A DNA stretch of 64,000 bases. It comes from Gammaproteobacteria bacterium. Its GTDB lineage: Bacteria; Pseudomonadota; Gammaproteobacteria; GCA-001735895. Positions within the stretch are counted from its first letter, which is position 1. The number at the start of each line of letters is the position of its first letter. The notes under the pieces are model-generated. The model was not told the origin of the DNA, searched no databases, and was given only the letters and a program-made list of their open reading frames with translations. Where the stretch lies: positions 13,103 to 77,102 of the forward strand of contig JBNKKI010000092.1 of NCBI GenBank assembly GCA_050291745.1, read 5' to 3'. Both the position numbers and the translations under genes were made by a program. Positions 49,468-60,648 of the stretch are shown in pieces.

Positions 49468-50415
49468 TCAACGCAAAAACTCTTCCACAACCGCTGGCCA
49501 GGCAAGTGTAATATTGTCCATATTATATCCACCTCCACCAAGTCCTAAAACTCTTCCATCACAAATTTCATCAGCTATTTTGCACAGACTTTGAGCTGCA
49601 TGGCGGTAAGATTTTTCGGTATATTCAAGATGTGTAATAGGATCGCCTTTTAAACTATCTGCGCCACATTGCAGGATGATGAATTGTGGTTCCATTGATC
49701 GAATAAAGTCTTCTGCTATTGCCCACTCTCTGAAAAAATCCTCATCTTTGGCATGTTTTGGCATAGGTATATTCATTTTATAACCTTTTGCAGGACCTGT
49801 ACCAGTTTCATCGGCATCGCCTGTCCCTGGATATAAATATCGGCCATCTTCATGAAAGTCTACAATAATGACACCGGTATCTGATTCATAGTTGTAATAG
49901 ACTCCGTCACCATGATGCGCATCAATATCGACATATAACACTCTCTCAAGATTATATTTGTCACGCAAATGTTCTATGACGATTGAGCAATCATTAAATA
50001 TACAGAAACCACTACAGTGATCCTTATAGCCATGATGTAATCCGGCAATAGGAACGAAGCCCCGACGAATTTCTTTATTCATAATTCTGTCGGAAATATC
50101 TATCACAGAGCCAACCACAAAAGAAGCTGCTTCATAGATACCATCACGAGCTGGTGTATCACCATGATCAAGAAAACCTTTACCCTGTGCCGAACCCTGA
50201 ATTATCTTTTCGATATAATCTTCAGTATGAAAGCGCATTAAATCATGTAAATGGCAACGAACCGGGTTTAAATACTCAACCTGAGTAAATAAACCCGTGT
50301 TCAACATACCATTTATAAATGCCTGATGTCTTAAAGGGCCGAATGGGTGTTTATCTCCAAAATGATAATCGGCAAGTTCATCTCCAATAGAGATAGCTAC
50401 AGAAGTTTTTTTCAT
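49468..50415 (-). CDS. histone-deacetylase-superfamily protein (AcuC/acetylpolyamine amidohydrolase-like)
   Basis: DIDAHHGDG zinc-site motif, 315 aa. Confidence 0.8.
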   Translation of the reverse strand: MKKTSVAISIGDELADYHFGDKHPFGPLRHQAFINGMLNTGLFTQVEYLNPVRCHLHDLMRFHTEDYIEKIIQGSAQGKGFLDHGDTPARDGIYEAASFVVGSVIDISDRIMNKEIRRGFVPIAGLHHGYKDHCSGFCIFNDCSIVIEHLRDKYNLERVLYVDIDAHHGDGVYYNYESDTGVIIVDFHEDGRYLYPGTGDADETGTGPAKGYKMNIPMPKHAKDEDFFREWAIAEDFIRSMEPQFIILQCGADSLKGDPITHLEYTEKSYRHAAQSLCKIADEICDGRVLGLGGGGYNMDNITLAWPAVVEEFLR

Positions 50416-50573
50416 TTTTTCAGGATCTATTATTTGTTAATATATATTAATTCTTAATTTTTCTATTTTAATTATAAGTTTTTAGGAATAGGCTACACTA
50501 AATGAGCAAAAGTTACTTGAAATATATAAGATACCCTGTATATTAGCATAATCTAATATAGATATAAAATTAA

Positions 50574-51206
50574 ATGAATACAAATTTTCTTACAGAACTG
50601 GAATTCGAATTTTCCTTAAAACCATCTGACACTGAAGAATTTAGTGAATTGCTGGTTGATTTTAAAGGACAGGCTGTCATCTGGGATGATGATGCAGAAG
50701 AAAAAGTGATTGCCCAACTAAAAGGTCATCGACTGGATCTTGCCATTGCCCGAAGAAATTATGATGATATTCAGGAATTATTTGACTCTATTTCCCCTGA
50801 AATTTCTGATCTGGGTTCACATATTGTTTCAAATAATAATTGTTTTGTAGAATGTTGTAGTAAACAACAGGATGAGAAAACACCATGTGAGAGCCTGGTG
50901 TATATCGATGAGCTGGTTGTTGAAAAGGAATTTCGCAATCGTAAAATAGGTACCGAAATGCTCAAGCGAATGAGTCAGATTGTCGATATGAATAAGACAC
51001 TGGTTGCACTAAAGGCTTATCCAATAATTGATAAGGAAACTGAAGAGCGTACTCCTGAATTAAAAAAGCAGCTTAAACATTTTTATAGCAAACTTGGATT
51101 TCATCATTCGGGGGAACACTATATGGTTAAAGATGCCAGAGATTGTCATGCACAAAGAGTCAGAGCTTTGGCAGAAGAGGGTGTTGAATTAAGAATGACT
51201 TCCTGA
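50574..51206 (+). CDS. hypothetical protein with a GNAT-like acetyl-CoA-binding motif
   Basis: LVYIDELVVEKEFRNRKIGTEMLKRM resembles GNAT motif A (Q/RxxGxG/A). Confidence 0.4.
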   Translation: MNTNFLTELEFEFSLKPSDTEEFSELLVDFKGQAVIWDDDAEEKVIAQLKGHRLDLAIARRNYDDIQELFDSISPEISDLGSHIVSNNNCFVECCSKQQDEKTPCESLVYIDELVVEKEFRNRKIGTEMLKRMSQIVDMNKTLVALKAYPIIDKETEERTPELKKQLKHFYSKLGFHHSGEHYMVKDARDCHAQRVRALAEEGVELRMTS

Positions 51207-51244
51207 TGCCTGACCGCAAAGCCGTATTGTTCCAGATCTAAAGT

Positions 51245-51619
51245 TCAGCTTGAAAGAATGAAAGCAGCAAATACATTTCGATCTTCCGCAACCAGAATAT
51301 TATAAGTTCTACAAAGAGCCCCGGTATTCATCACATCTAAAGCAAAACCATTTTTAGCAAAGTAATGGTAAATTTCCTGAGCAGGAAAAATTTGCTTTTC
51401 GCCTGTACCTAATAAAATAACATCAGGTTTTAATTCAAAAATGCAATCGAAGTGTTCTGGTTTTAGCTCAGTTACAGCTTTAACAGACCAGGGCTGAATA
51501 ATTTTATTGGCTGAGAGTACCAGACTTTCCGAATAAATTCTTTCATTTACCGTAATTTGACCCTGTTCATAAGCCTGGATACTGTACCGGTTGGAGATAA
51601 TGTTTTCTGCTAATGCCAT
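51245..51619 (-). CDS. Mth938-like/DUF498 family protein
   Basis: 124 aa, ...PDVILLGTGEKQ... core typical of DUF498. Confidence 0.55.
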   Translation of the reverse strand: MALAENIISNRYSIQAYEQGQITVNERIYSESLVLSANKIIQPWSVKAVTELKPEHFDCIFELKPDVILLGTGEKQIFPAQEIYHYFAKNGFALDVMNTGALCRTYNILVAEDRNVFAAFILSS

Positions 51620-51677
51620 TTATGCAGAGTATAATATTTAAAGCGCTATATCCAGTAAATCCATTATAATTGAAGAT

Positions 51678-51913
51678 CCTGGATTCTGCAGTTGACCGCT
51701 CGCAATAGAGGTTAACCCACTGTTTCATAAACCATGACAGTTGATGTGTATAATTACCCAATCGGTGAATCCCGCTACGAACTGAATTGCAGGTTTGAGG
51801 CGGTGTATCTCTTCGTTGTAACGCCCAGGAATAGCAATCTATTCCGCGTCGTTGCGCCTTGATCTCCACCACCTCAAACGCTCACTTCAATTCGTCCAAC
51901 TGCGGATTCTAGG
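51678..51913 (+). repeat. MITE-like repeat, copy D (long subtype, about 236 bp, about 90% identical to copy A)
   Basis: CCTGGATTCTGCAGTTGACCG...CGTCCAACTGCGGATTCTAGG; central hairpin GGAATAGcaatCTATTCC. Confidence 0.85.
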
Positions 51914-52126
51914 ATGATGCCTGATACAGTAGCCTGATTATTTTGATATAGCCAATGTGTTAATAAATAATTCAGCTGTCGAATTAAAAACCCGGCCTTT
52001 AAATTCTCCAGTTTCCAGAAATAATCAATCGTATTTTTTGCACCAAAATTAAATAAACATTCTTCCAGTGATCCTGACCCTATGTTATGGTTGCCGGTCC
52101 ATTAACTTAACATTAGAGTAACTTCC

Positions 52127-53317
52127 TTGAACGACGATTTTCAACGTATTAAACGCCTTCCTCCGTATGTTTTTAATATTGTAAATGAATTAAAGGCAGC
52201 CGCACGAGCGAGAGGTGAAGATATTATTGATTTTGGTATGGGCAATCCAGATCAACCTACACCCAGTCATATCGTCGATAAATTATGTGAAGCCGCTCAG
52301 CGTAGTGATACACACCGTTATTCGTTATCACGTGGTATTCCGCGTTTACGACAGGCAGTTTGTAGCTGGTATAAACGTAAATATGATGTAGACCTTGATC
52401 CGGAATCTGAGGCTATTGTGACTATCGGGTCAAAAGAAGGTTTAGCTCACCTGGCAATGGCTACAGTTGGTCCTGGTGATGCGGTCCTGGTTCCAAATCC
52501 GTCATACCCTATACATCCTTATGGTTTTGTCATTGCAGGTGCAGATATTCGTCATGTACCTTTAACTCCCGGTATAGATTTTTTTGGTGAACTTGAAAAT
52601 GCGATCAAAAATAGCTGGCCAAAACCAAAGATGCTGATTATCAGTTTTCCCGGTAATCCGACTACACAATGCGTAGAACTTGAATTCTTTGAAAAAGTGG
52701 TAGCAATAGCAAAAGAACATAAGATATGGGTAGTTCATGATATAGCATATGCCGAAATCACTTTTGATGGCTACAAAGCACCGTCAATCCTTGAAGTAGA
52801 AGGTGCTAAAGATATTGCTGTTGAGTTTTATTCACTTTCAAAAACTTATAATATGCCAGGTTGGCGTGTTGGATTTATGTGTGGTAATAAAACACTGGTA
52901 GCCGCTTTACAACGAATCAAATCCTATATGGATTACGGTATGTTTACTCCTATCCAGGTGGCTGCTGTAAGTGCACTTGAAGGAGATCAAAGTGTCGTTG
53001 AGGATATTCGTGAAATGTATAAGAAACGACGCGATACTCTATGTAATGGTTTGAGTTCAATTGGCTGGGTAGTTGAAGTGCCAAAGGCAACTATGTTTGT
53101 CTGGGCTAAAATCCCACCACAGTTTAGTCATCTGACATCATTAGAATTTAGTAAGCTTCTTTTACAGGAAGCGAAAGTTGCTGTATCTCCTGGTATTGGA
53201 TTTGGTGAATATGGTGATGACCATGTGCGTTTTAGTTTAATTGAAAATGAGCACCGAACACGTCAGGCTATTCGCGGTATACGTGAACTTTTCAAAAATA
53301 CAATCGCTGAAAAATAA
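52127..53317 (+). CDS. class I/II pyridoxal-phosphate aminotransferase (alanine/aspartate transaminase-like)
   Basis: 396 aa; [14 protein letters not shown] Lys-PLP region; adjacent to hom, a common arrangement in Gammaproteobacteria. Confidence 0.8.
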   Translation: MNDDFQRIKRLPPYVFNIVNELKAAARARGEDIIDFGMGNPDQPTPSHIVDKLCEAAQRSDTHRYSLSRGIPRLRQAVCSWYKRKYDVDLDPESEAIVTIGSKEGLAHLAMATVGPGDAVLVPNPSYPIHPYGFVIAGADIRHVPLTPGIDFFGELENAIKNSWPKPKMLIISFPGNPTTQCVELEFFEKVVAIAKEHKIWVVHDIAYAEITFDGYKAPSILEVEGAKDIAVEFYSLSKTYNMPGWRVGFMCGNKTLVAALQRIKSYMDYGMFTPIQVAAVSALEGDQSVVEDIREMYKKRRDTLCNGLSSIGWVVEVPKATMFVWAKIPPQFSHLTSLEFSKLLLQEAKVAVSPGIGFGEYGDDHVRFSLIENEHRTRQAIRGIRELFKNTIAEK

Positions 53318-53380
53318 AGGATTGTTTAACCAGACTAAAAATCAGTCGCTTTAACAACGTAAAATAACAGAGGTAAGACA

Positions 53381-54697
53381 TTGAAACCAGTTAACATTGG
53401 GTTATTAGGATTAGGCACAGTAGGTGGTGGAACTGCCAGTGTATTAGCTGAAAATGCAGCTGAAATTGCACGACGTGCAGGAAGAGAAATTCAGGTTATT
53501 CATGCTGCAGCTCGTGGTTTAGGGGATAGCAAACCTGAAGGTACGGAACATGTAGAAATTACCGAAGATGCTTTTGCCGTCGTTAATAACCCTGATGTTG
53601 ATATTATTGTTGAATTGATCGGGGGGGATTCTCCGGCACGCGAACTTGTTATGCAAGCGATTCAAAATGGTAAACATGTTGTAACAGCTAACAAGGCGTT
53701 AATTGCAAAATATGGTAATGAAATTTTTGCAGCTGCACAGGAAAAAGGTGTGGTTGTGGCTTTTGAAGCTGCAGTTGCAGGTGGTATTCCCATAATTAAA
53801 GCCATTCGTGAAGGTTTAAGTGCCAACAGGATTCAGTGGATAGCCGGTATAATCAATGGAACCGGCAATTTTATTCTGACTGAAATGCGTGACAAGGGGA
53901 GGGATTTTGATGATGTTCTAGCCGAAGCCCAGGCCCTCGGTTATGCTGAAGCAGATCCAACTTTTGATGTCGAAGGCATTGATGCAGCACATAAACTATG
54001 TATTCTGTCCTCTATTGCTTTTGGTGTGCCTTTACAGTTTGATAAAGTTTATACAGAAGGTATTAGTAAGATTTCACAGGATGATGTAACGTTTGCTTCT
54101 GAGCTGGGATATCGTATCAAGCATCTTGGTATGACCAGAGTAACTGAAAAAGGGATAGAAATGCGTGTTCATCCTACACTAATCCCTGAGAAACGACTTA
54201 TTGCCAATGTTGATGGCGTTATGAATGCCGTTTTAATCATGGCAGATCGATTGGGACCATCTCTTTATTATGGTGCTGGAGCAGGGGCTGCACCAACTGC
54301 CTCAGCTGTAGTTGCAGATATTGTCGATGTTACACGCTCACTAACAACTGACCCTGATAATCGCGTACCTCACCTGGCTTTTCAGCCAGATCAAATAAAT
54401 GATACCGAAATACTCGCTATGGAAGATATTGAAACTGCCTATTATCTTCGCTTAAATGCGCTGGATAAACCGGGTGTTATGGCGGATATAACTCGTATTC
54501 TCGGAGAAAAAGAAATTTCGATTGAAGCGATTCTGCAGAAAGAACCAGTTGATGGAGAGTTAAGTGCGACAATTATTATGTTGACACAGCGAATAAAAGA
54601 ATCGCAGATGGATCAGGCTATTGAAGCGATACAGCATCTTGATAAGGTGAGTGGTCTTGTTACAAGAATTCGAGTTGAAAATTTATCTTCTGATTAA
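53381..54697 (+). CDS. hom: homoserine dehydrogenase with C-terminal ACT domain (TTG start)
   Basis: N-terminal MKPVNIGLLGLGTVGGG Rossmann motif, catalytic region, ACT domain at the C-terminus. Confidence 0.9.
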   Translation: MKPVNIGLLGLGTVGGGTASVLAENAAEIARRAGREIQVIHAAARGLGDSKPEGTEHVEITEDAFAVVNNPDVDIIVELIGGDSPARELVMQAIQNGKHVVTANKALIAKYGNEIFAAAQEKGVVVAFEAAVAGGIPIIKAIREGLSANRIQWIAGIINGTGNFILTEMRDKGRDFDDVLAEAQALGYAEADPTFDVEGIDAAHKLCILSSIAFGVPLQFDKVYTEGISKISQDDVTFASELGYRIKHLGMTRVTEKGIEMRVHPTLIPEKRLIANVDGVMNAVLIMADRLGPSLYYGAGAGAAPTASAVVADIVDVTRSLTTDPDNRVPHLAFQPDQINDTEILAMEDIETAYYLRLNALDKPGVMADITRILGEKEISIEAILQKEPVDGELSATIIMLTQRIKESQMDQAIEAIQHLDKVSGLVTRIRVENLSSD

Positions 54698-54718
54698 CTG
54701 ATCTCGTGAATATTATTT

Positions 54719-54744
54719 AAAAAAGGGGCAATGCCCCTTTTTTT
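54719..54744. terminator. bidirectional Rho-independent terminator between hom (+) and thrC (-)
   Basis: AAAAAA-GGGGCaatGCCCC-TTTTTTT. Confidence 0.85.
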
Positions 54745-54767
54745 GATTTCAGCGGATGAATACATAC

Positions 54768-56243
54768 CTATTGATCAAGGAATGACATTATTTCATCTTC
54801 GATATCTTCTTTATCTATAACACTATCCTGGGCAATATCCTTTTCAAATAAATCACTTATAACGGCAGGTATTTTAATATTAGCAATTGCTGCTATAGAG
54901 TTTAATGCATCAATATCGCGGGTATCAAGGTGTCCAGTCAGCGCATTATCTATAACGGGTGAAAATTTGGTCCACTCGGCAGTGGAATAGATTATTGATT
55001 TTAAGGGCTTTTCTCGACAGTTAAGATGAGCCTGAAAACAGGTGGCTGTATGTGGATCCATTAAATAACCATTTTCAAAAGTCTTTTTAATATGCTTTTT
55101 GCCCTGCTCATCATCACAAAAATCGGCAATAAAATGTTGTTGTAACAGCTTTAGTTCATCCTCGGATAGCTGGTAACTTTTCTGCGTTTTTAATGATTGC
55201 ATTAATTCATGAGTACGCTCAGCACCAAATAAATCAAAGATAATTCTTTCTACATTTGAAGATATTAAAATATCCATAGCTGGCGAAGTAGTGGCTATCA
55301 AATTTCGTTCGGATATATCGTAATACCCGCTGGAGATGAATTCAGTCAGCACATTGTTCCGGTTAGAGGCAACGATTAATTTTTCAACCGGTAAGCCCAT
55401 TTTCCTTGCATAGTAACCACCCAGCACATTTCCGAAGTTTCCGCATGGTACATTGAGATAAATTTTCTCTCCCAGAGTAATGGCCTGTTGGCGAACCAGT
55501 TCAAGATAAGAGTGAATATGATAGATAATCTGAAAAATAATTCGGCCAAAATTAACTGAATTGGCTGCTGATAGAGAAATGTTTTTTTCTTCAAGCCTGG
55601 CATTAAATGATTTTGAACTGAGTAAACGCTTTAAAGCATTTTGAGCATCATCAAAAGAACCCTTAATACCAATTACCTTTAGATTATTAGCATCTTCAGT
55701 CACCATTTGCAGGCGTTGAACATCTGATGTACCTCCATCAGGGTATAAACAGACAACTCGAACGTTAGCACGATTTTTAAATGTCTCTAGCGCTGCAGGA
55801 CCGGTATCACCACTGGTAGCGGCAAGAATTAAATATTGTTCATCGAGTTTCTGAGCTAATGAAGATAAAACAACACCAAAAGGCTGTAATGCCATATCTT
55901 TAAAGGCTCTGGTAGGCCCGTGATATAGTTCACTGACATACAGGTCTTCTTCAACTTCGATGACTGGTACAGGATTAGCTGTATCATCAAACTTACCATA
56001 CAAACTTAATGCTTCATTGATAACTGCATCATCAATGTCTACTTCAAAAGCATTCAAAATAGCTTTTGATAATTGCTGATAATTTGAATTTAGCTGAGAT
56101 TTTAAAAATTCACTGGTGATCTTAGGTAAAGATTGAGGGCTGTAAAGTCCACCAAATGAAGCCATCGGATTGAGGATGGCACTGGAAAATGGGACAGTCG
56201 TTTCATGATGGCCATCATTGCCACGTGTTTCAATAAATTGCAT
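54768..56243 (-). CDS. thrC: threonine synthase (long form)
   Basis: 491 aa; PLP-lysine motif region ...GPTRAFKD; with hom. Confidence 0.85.
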   Translation of the reverse strand: MQFIETRGNDGHHETTVPFSSAILNPMASFGGLYSPQSLPKITSEFLKSQLNSNYQQLSKAILNAFEVDIDDAVINEALSLYGKFDDTANPVPVIEVEEDLYVSELYHGPTRAFKDMALQPFGVVLSSLAQKLDEQYLILAATSGDTGPAALETFKNRANVRVVCLYPDGGTSDVQRLQMVTEDANNLKVIGIKGSFDDAQNALKRLLSSKSFNARLEEKNISLSAANSVNFGRIIFQIIYHIHSYLELVRQQAITLGEKIYLNVPCGNFGNVLGGYYARKMGLPVEKLIVASNRNNVLTEFISSGYYDISERNLIATTSPAMDILISSNVERIIFDLFGAERTHELMQSLKTQKSYQLSEDELKLLQQHFIADFCDDEQGKKHIKKTFENGYLMDPHTATCFQAHLNCREKPLKSIIYSTAEWTKFSPVIDNALTGHLDTRDIDALNSIAAIANIKIPAVISDLFEKDIAQDSVIDKEDIEDEIMSFLDQ

Positions 56244-56492
56244 GGAATCCTGTTTGGAGGAATTAAAAATGAAGCATATTATAACGGTTAAAAAGACCAG
56301 CGAAAGTGTTGATTAGATCTGTTTAGCGGGATGATTGTGAATAACTGCTGTTAAATTCAAAAAAAGTGACAATTTTTTTAACAAATTAAGCTTGATAACT
56401 TCTGTTAATGGTCAAACACGCGTAAAATCAGCCGGTTATTAGATAACCCTTCAAATGGACTCAACGGGTTTAGTTAAAAATTTGAGATATCC

Positions 56493-57611
56493 ATGTTAAC
56501 TGAAGCAAAAGTCAATTTATTAGATCTGGATCGTTCTTCAATGGAACAGTTTTTTCTGTCCATAGGAGAGAAGCCTTTTCGTGCCCGTCAGGTAATGCAG
56601 TGGATTCATCAGCGTGGTGTGACCGATTTCGATTTAATGACGGATCTTGCCAAATCTTTACGAGCCAGGTTGTATGAGAAGGCAGAGGTAAAACTACCAC
56701 AGGTAACTGTTGATCAAAAATCAAAAGATGGTACACGAAAATGGTTATTACATATGGATGGTATTGAAAATGCTGTTGAATGTGTATTAATCCCTGAAGA
56801 AAAGCGGATGACTTTATGCATTTCATCTCAGGTTGGCTGTACTTTGAATTGCTCTTTTTGCTCTACTGGAAAACAGGGCTTTAATCGTAATCTAACGACG
56901 GCTGAAATTATCAGCCAACTGTATCTTGCTCATCATGCCCTGTTAAAAGATGGTTATGAAAATGGGGTTACTAATGTAGTGATGATGGGAATGGGAGAGC
57001 CCCTGTTAAATTTCGATCCTGTCATGTCAGCATTAAATATTATGTGTGATGACTTTGCTTATAGTTTGAGTAAGCGTCGTGTTACTATAAGCACTGCTGG
57101 AGTTGTTCCTGCAATGATGAAACTTAGTGAATACACCGATGTCTGTCTTGCAGTTTCATTACATGCTCCAAATGATGAATTACGTGATCAATTAGTACCG
57201 CTGAATAGCAAATATCCAATTAAACAGTTACTGGACGCCTGTAAAGCTTATTTAGGTGGGCATAGCCGGCGTAGAATTACATTTGAATATGTTATGCTTA
57301 AGGATATTAATGATAGCCTGGATCATGCAAGAGAACTGGTTAAAATTCTTAAAGATATTCCAAGTAAATTGAATCTTATTCCTTTTAACCCTTATCCACA
57401 TGCAGTTTATGAATGTTCCAGTGGTAATGCAATTCATCGCTTTCGTGAATATGTGGTGAATCATGGAATAGTAACTGTTACGCGTAAAACGCGTGGTGAG
57501 GATATTGATGCCGCCTGTGGTCAATTAGTTGGTCGGGTCAATGATAAAAGTAGAAGACACCAGAAATATCAGGTGAGCTTGAAAAATATTACAGGACAAG
57601 TGAATGCTTAG
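56493..57611 (+). CDS. rlmN: 23S rRNA/tRNA m2A methyltransferase RlmN (radical SAM)
   Basis: [11 protein letters not shown] radical-SAM cluster motif, conserved C-terminal Cys (DAACGQL); synteny rlmN-pilF-rodZ. Confidence 0.9.
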   Translation: MLTEAKVNLLDLDRSSMEQFFLSIGEKPFRARQVMQWIHQRGVTDFDLMTDLAKSLRARLYEKAEVKLPQVTVDQKSKDGTRKWLLHMDGIENAVECVLIPEEKRMTLCISSQVGCTLNCSFCSTGKQGFNRNLTTAEIISQLYLAHHALLKDGYENGVTNVVMMGMGEPLLNFDPVMSALNIMCDDFAYSLSKRRVTISTAGVVPAMMKLSEYTDVCLAVSLHAPNDELRDQLVPLNSKYPIKQLLDACKAYLGGHSRRRITFEYVMLKDINDSLDHARELVKILKDIPSKLNLIPFNPYPHAVYECSSGNAIHRFREYVVNHGIVTVTRKTRGEDIDAACGQLVGRVNDKSRRHQKYQVSLKNITGQVNA

Positions 57612-58365
57612 GATTAAAATTCCAACTATATTAATTCTGTTGATGGTTTTATTGTTATCGTCCTGTGTGACGGTAACAGATGGAGGCGCTGATTATGAAA
57701 AAGCCAGTAAAATAAATGTGCAATTGGGAATAGGTTATTACAATCGGGGAAATCTCGAATTGGCCAATCAGAAATTGCTTAAAGCCATGAAACAGGATCC
57801 TAAGTCATCTCAGGCTCACCATGCTTATGCTGTTTTACAGAATCGATTCCTGGATAAGGCAAAAGCCGAAGAATATTTTAAAAAGGCAATATCATTAGAT
57901 CCTGAAAATTCAGAAGCACTTAATAATTATGGTGTGTTTTTGTGTGCTGATAATCGTATCCTTGAAGCAGAGAAGATGTTTATGCAAGCAGTTGATAATG
58001 ATTCTTATCGTTCTCCTGAAGTTGCTTACACCAGTGCAGCAATATGTTTACTCAAAGAAGGCGAGTCTAAACAACCTCAGGCAAAAGAGTATCTAAAAAG
58101 AGCTTTGGCCATAGGTAATAATTATCGGCCAGCATTATTCAATATGGCTAAAATTACTCTAGCAGAACAAAATTATGAATTGACAGGAGTTTATCTTAAT
58201 AGGTTTCATTTAACTGGAGAAGAAACCTCGCAAAGCTTATGGCTTAATATTCAAAATGAACTGGCTCAGGGGCATATTGCTAAAGTAAATGAACTGGTGG
58301 AAAATTTAAAAACTAAATTTCCTGATTCTGAAGAATACAAACAGTGGTTGGAATCAAATAAATGA
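57604..58365 (+). CDS. pilF: type IV pilus biogenesis/stability TPR lipoprotein PilF (PilW)
   Basis: Lipobox LLSSC, about 6 TPR repeats, conserved position after rlmN. Confidence 0.75.
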   Translation: MLRIKIPTILILLMVLLLSSCVTVTDGGADYEKASKINVQLGIGYYNRGNLELANQKLLKAMKQDPKSSQAHHAYAVLQNRFLDKAKAEEYFKKAISLDPENSEALNNYGVFLCADNRILEAEKMFMQAVDNDSYRSPEVAYTSAAICLLKEGESKQPQAKEYLKRALAIGNNYRPALFNMAKITLAEQNYELTGVYLNRFHLTGEETSQSLWLNIQNELAQGHIAKVNELVENLKTKFPDSEEYKQWLESNK

Positions 58366-59345
58366 ATCAACAAGCGACTCAAGCTACTGAGCAATCTCTA
58401 CCAACACAGGGCCCTGGTGACAAATTACAGGCTGCCAGAATATCAAAAGGACTGTCTCTGGATGAAGTCGCCAGTAAAATGCACTTATCCAAAGCAATTT
58501 TAAGCAGTCTGGAAGACAATAGTTTTGAAGAAATTACAGCCCCAATATTTGTAAAAGGCTATCTGAGAGCCTATTCCCGACTGGTAAATATTGATGAAGA
58601 TGAAATTATTCAGCAATATACAACACATTATATGGAGGGTGATCCACCTATAACATCAACCAGTAATACCGCGCCGGAATTAAATGCGGATAATAGTAAA
58701 GTTAAATGGATTACCTATCTGGTGATAATTGGGTTGATTGCACTACTATCCAGCTGGTGGTGGAATCGCTATCAGCAGGAACCGGAAACAGTAAGTCTTG
58801 ATAGTAGCCAACCTTCTTTAACAGAGGATATTAAAATATCCGAAGCAAATGAAGCTACTGATAATCTTGAAGCTAATCCGGAAAAAGAGGCTTTACAGCT
58901 TGAAATAAAAACAGTTGCAGATTCAATTCAACTGCAATCTCCAGACAGCGAAAAAGTTGCTGAAAGCCATAATGTTCCAATAAATTCTCAGACAGAGCAA
59001 TTATCGGTCTCAGAAGCTAATACAGATGAAGCTGATACAGAGGAAGTTTCAGCAGAAATTGATCAACCGGCTTCAGCCCCGCAAATTGATTCAGTTAAGA
59101 ATAATAAAGACTTACAAATAACAGTTAACGCTGATACCTGGGCGACTATCAAAGACGCTGATGGTAAGAGACTGGTCTATGACCTGTTGAAATCAGGTGA
59201 ACAGATTTCAGTACAGGGAAAAGCACCTTATAAAGCGTTTCTGGGTAATGGTTATGGTGTGACAATGATATACAAGGGAGAAAAAATCGACCTGAGTAAA
59301 GTTATCAGGTCTGATAATACAGCCAGGATTAAAATAGGGCAGTAA
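58362..59345 (+). CDS. rodZ: RodZ-like cytoskeleton protein (XRE HTH, TM, C-terminal DUF4115)
   Basis: HTH LQAARISKGLSLDEVASKMHLS, single TM WITYLVIIGLIALLSSWWW, C-terminal DUF4115-like beta domain. Confidence 0.75.
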   Translation: MNQQATQATEQSLPTQGPGDKLQAARISKGLSLDEVASKMHLSKAILSSLEDNSFEEITAPIFVKGYLRAYSRLVNIDEDEIIQQYTTHYMEGDPPITSTSNTAPELNADNSKVKWITYLVIIGLIALLSSWWWNRYQQEPETVSLDSSQPSLTEDIKISEANEATDNLEANPEKEALQLEIKTVADSIQLQSPDSEKVAESHNVPINSQTEQLSVSEANTDEADTEEVSAEIDQPASAPQIDSVKNNKDLQITVNADTWATIKDADGKRLVYDLLKSGEQISVQGKAPYKAFLGNGYGVTMIYKGEKIDLSKVIRSDNTARIKIGQ

Positions 59346-59346
59346 T

Positions 59347-60627
59347 ATGGCTGAACAAATTAAAGTTATTCGTGGTATGCATGACATACTGCCAGTCGAT
59401 ATGGATGCCTGGTATCAGGTTGAAGATAACTGGAGGCAATTAGCAGAAGCTTATGGATATCGACAGATCCGTACGCCTATTATGGAAAAAACTGCATTAT
59501 TCAAGCGATCAATCGGTGAAGTAACCGATATTGTTGAAAAAGAAATGTATAGTTTTGACGATCGTGGTGGAGATAATCTCAGTTTACGGCCAGAGGGGAC
59601 AGCAAGTATCGTACGCGCAGGTATCGAAAATGGTTTGCTGGTTAATCAGCAGCAACGTCTCTGGTATAGCGGTCCCATGTTCCGAAGAGAGCGACCACAG
59701 AAAGGACGTTACAGACAGTTTTTTCAATTAGGTGCAGAAACTTTTGGAATGCCGGGTGCAGATATTGAAGCTGAACTCATATTCATGGCTTCACGTTTCT
59801 GGAAGCTATTGGGTCTGGAAAATATCGAGCTTCAATTAAATACCCTGGGTACTGCTGACTGTAGAATACAATATAAGGATTTACTGGTTTCCTATTTACG
59901 TGACCATGTTGATGAACTGGATGGCGATAGTCTGCGCCGTCTGGAATCTAATCCCTTACGAATTCTTGATAGTAAAAATCCTGAGATGCAGGGATTGATT
60001 GAAGCTGCGCCTAAATTAAAAGATCATCTTGATCAGCAATCTGCTGAACATTTTTCTGAATTACTTGAAATTCTGGATTTCAATGACTTATCGTACAGGA
60101 TTAATCCCCGTCTTGTCAGAGGATTAGATTATTACAGTCATACTGTTTTTGAATTTGTGACGACTTCTCTTGGCTCACAGGGAACAGTTTGTGCCGGAGG
60201 ACGGTATGATAGTTTGATTGATCATTTAGGTGGAAAATCTACTCACGCAGCGGGATTCGCAATGGGTATTGAACGACTTGTTCTGATGTTACAGGATCAG
60301 CAAAAAGTAACCAAAAAGACAGAAACAGAAATTTATTTTGCAATGTCGGGAGTTAATTCGACCAGGCATGGTCAAAAGCTTGCAGAAATGCTACGAAATG
60401 CAATACCCGGAATCAAGTTGATCGCTCACTCAGGTGGTGGAAGCTTTAAGAGTCAGTTGAAAAAAGCTGATAAATCGGGCGCTCTGTTAGCATTAATACT
60501 GGGTGAATCTGAAATTCAGAATTCAACCATTAATATTAAATTTTTACGTCAGGATCAACCGCAGATTGAAATTAGTCAATCACAGCTGGTTGATCAAATT
60601 AAAACATTATTGAAAACAAAAGTATAA
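59347..60627 (+). CDS. hisS: histidyl-tRNA synthetase
   Basis: Class II aaRS motifs (RYRQFFQLGAE, GGRYD) and anticodon-binding domain. Confidence 0.95.
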   Translation: MAEQIKVIRGMHDILPVDMDAWYQVEDNWRQLAEAYGYRQIRTPIMEKTALFKRSIGEVTDIVEKEMYSFDDRGGDNLSLRPEGTASIVRAGIENGLLVNQQQRLWYSGPMFRRERPQKGRYRQFFQLGAETFGMPGADIEAELIFMASRFWKLLGLENIELQLNTLGTADCRIQYKDLLVSYLRDHVDELDGDSLRRLESNPLRILDSKNPEMQGLIEAAPKLKDHLDQQSAEHFSELLEILDFNDLSYRINPRLVRGLDYYSHTVFEFVTTSLGSQGTVCAGGRYDSLIDHLGGKSTHAAGFAMGIERLVLMLQDQQKVTKKTETEIYFAMSGVNSTRHGQKLAEMLRNAIPGIKLIAHSGGGSFKSQLKKADKSGALLALILGESEIQNSTINIKFLRQDQPQIEISQSQLVDQIKTLLKTKV

Positions 60628-60648
60628 ATTAAAAAACTGGAAAAAAGC

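Noticed and set aside
53618-53626. G7 homopolymer inside hom as a possible phase-variation tract
   Set aside because: It simply encodes Gly-Gly-Asp in an essential biosynthetic gene, and there is no contingency-locus context.
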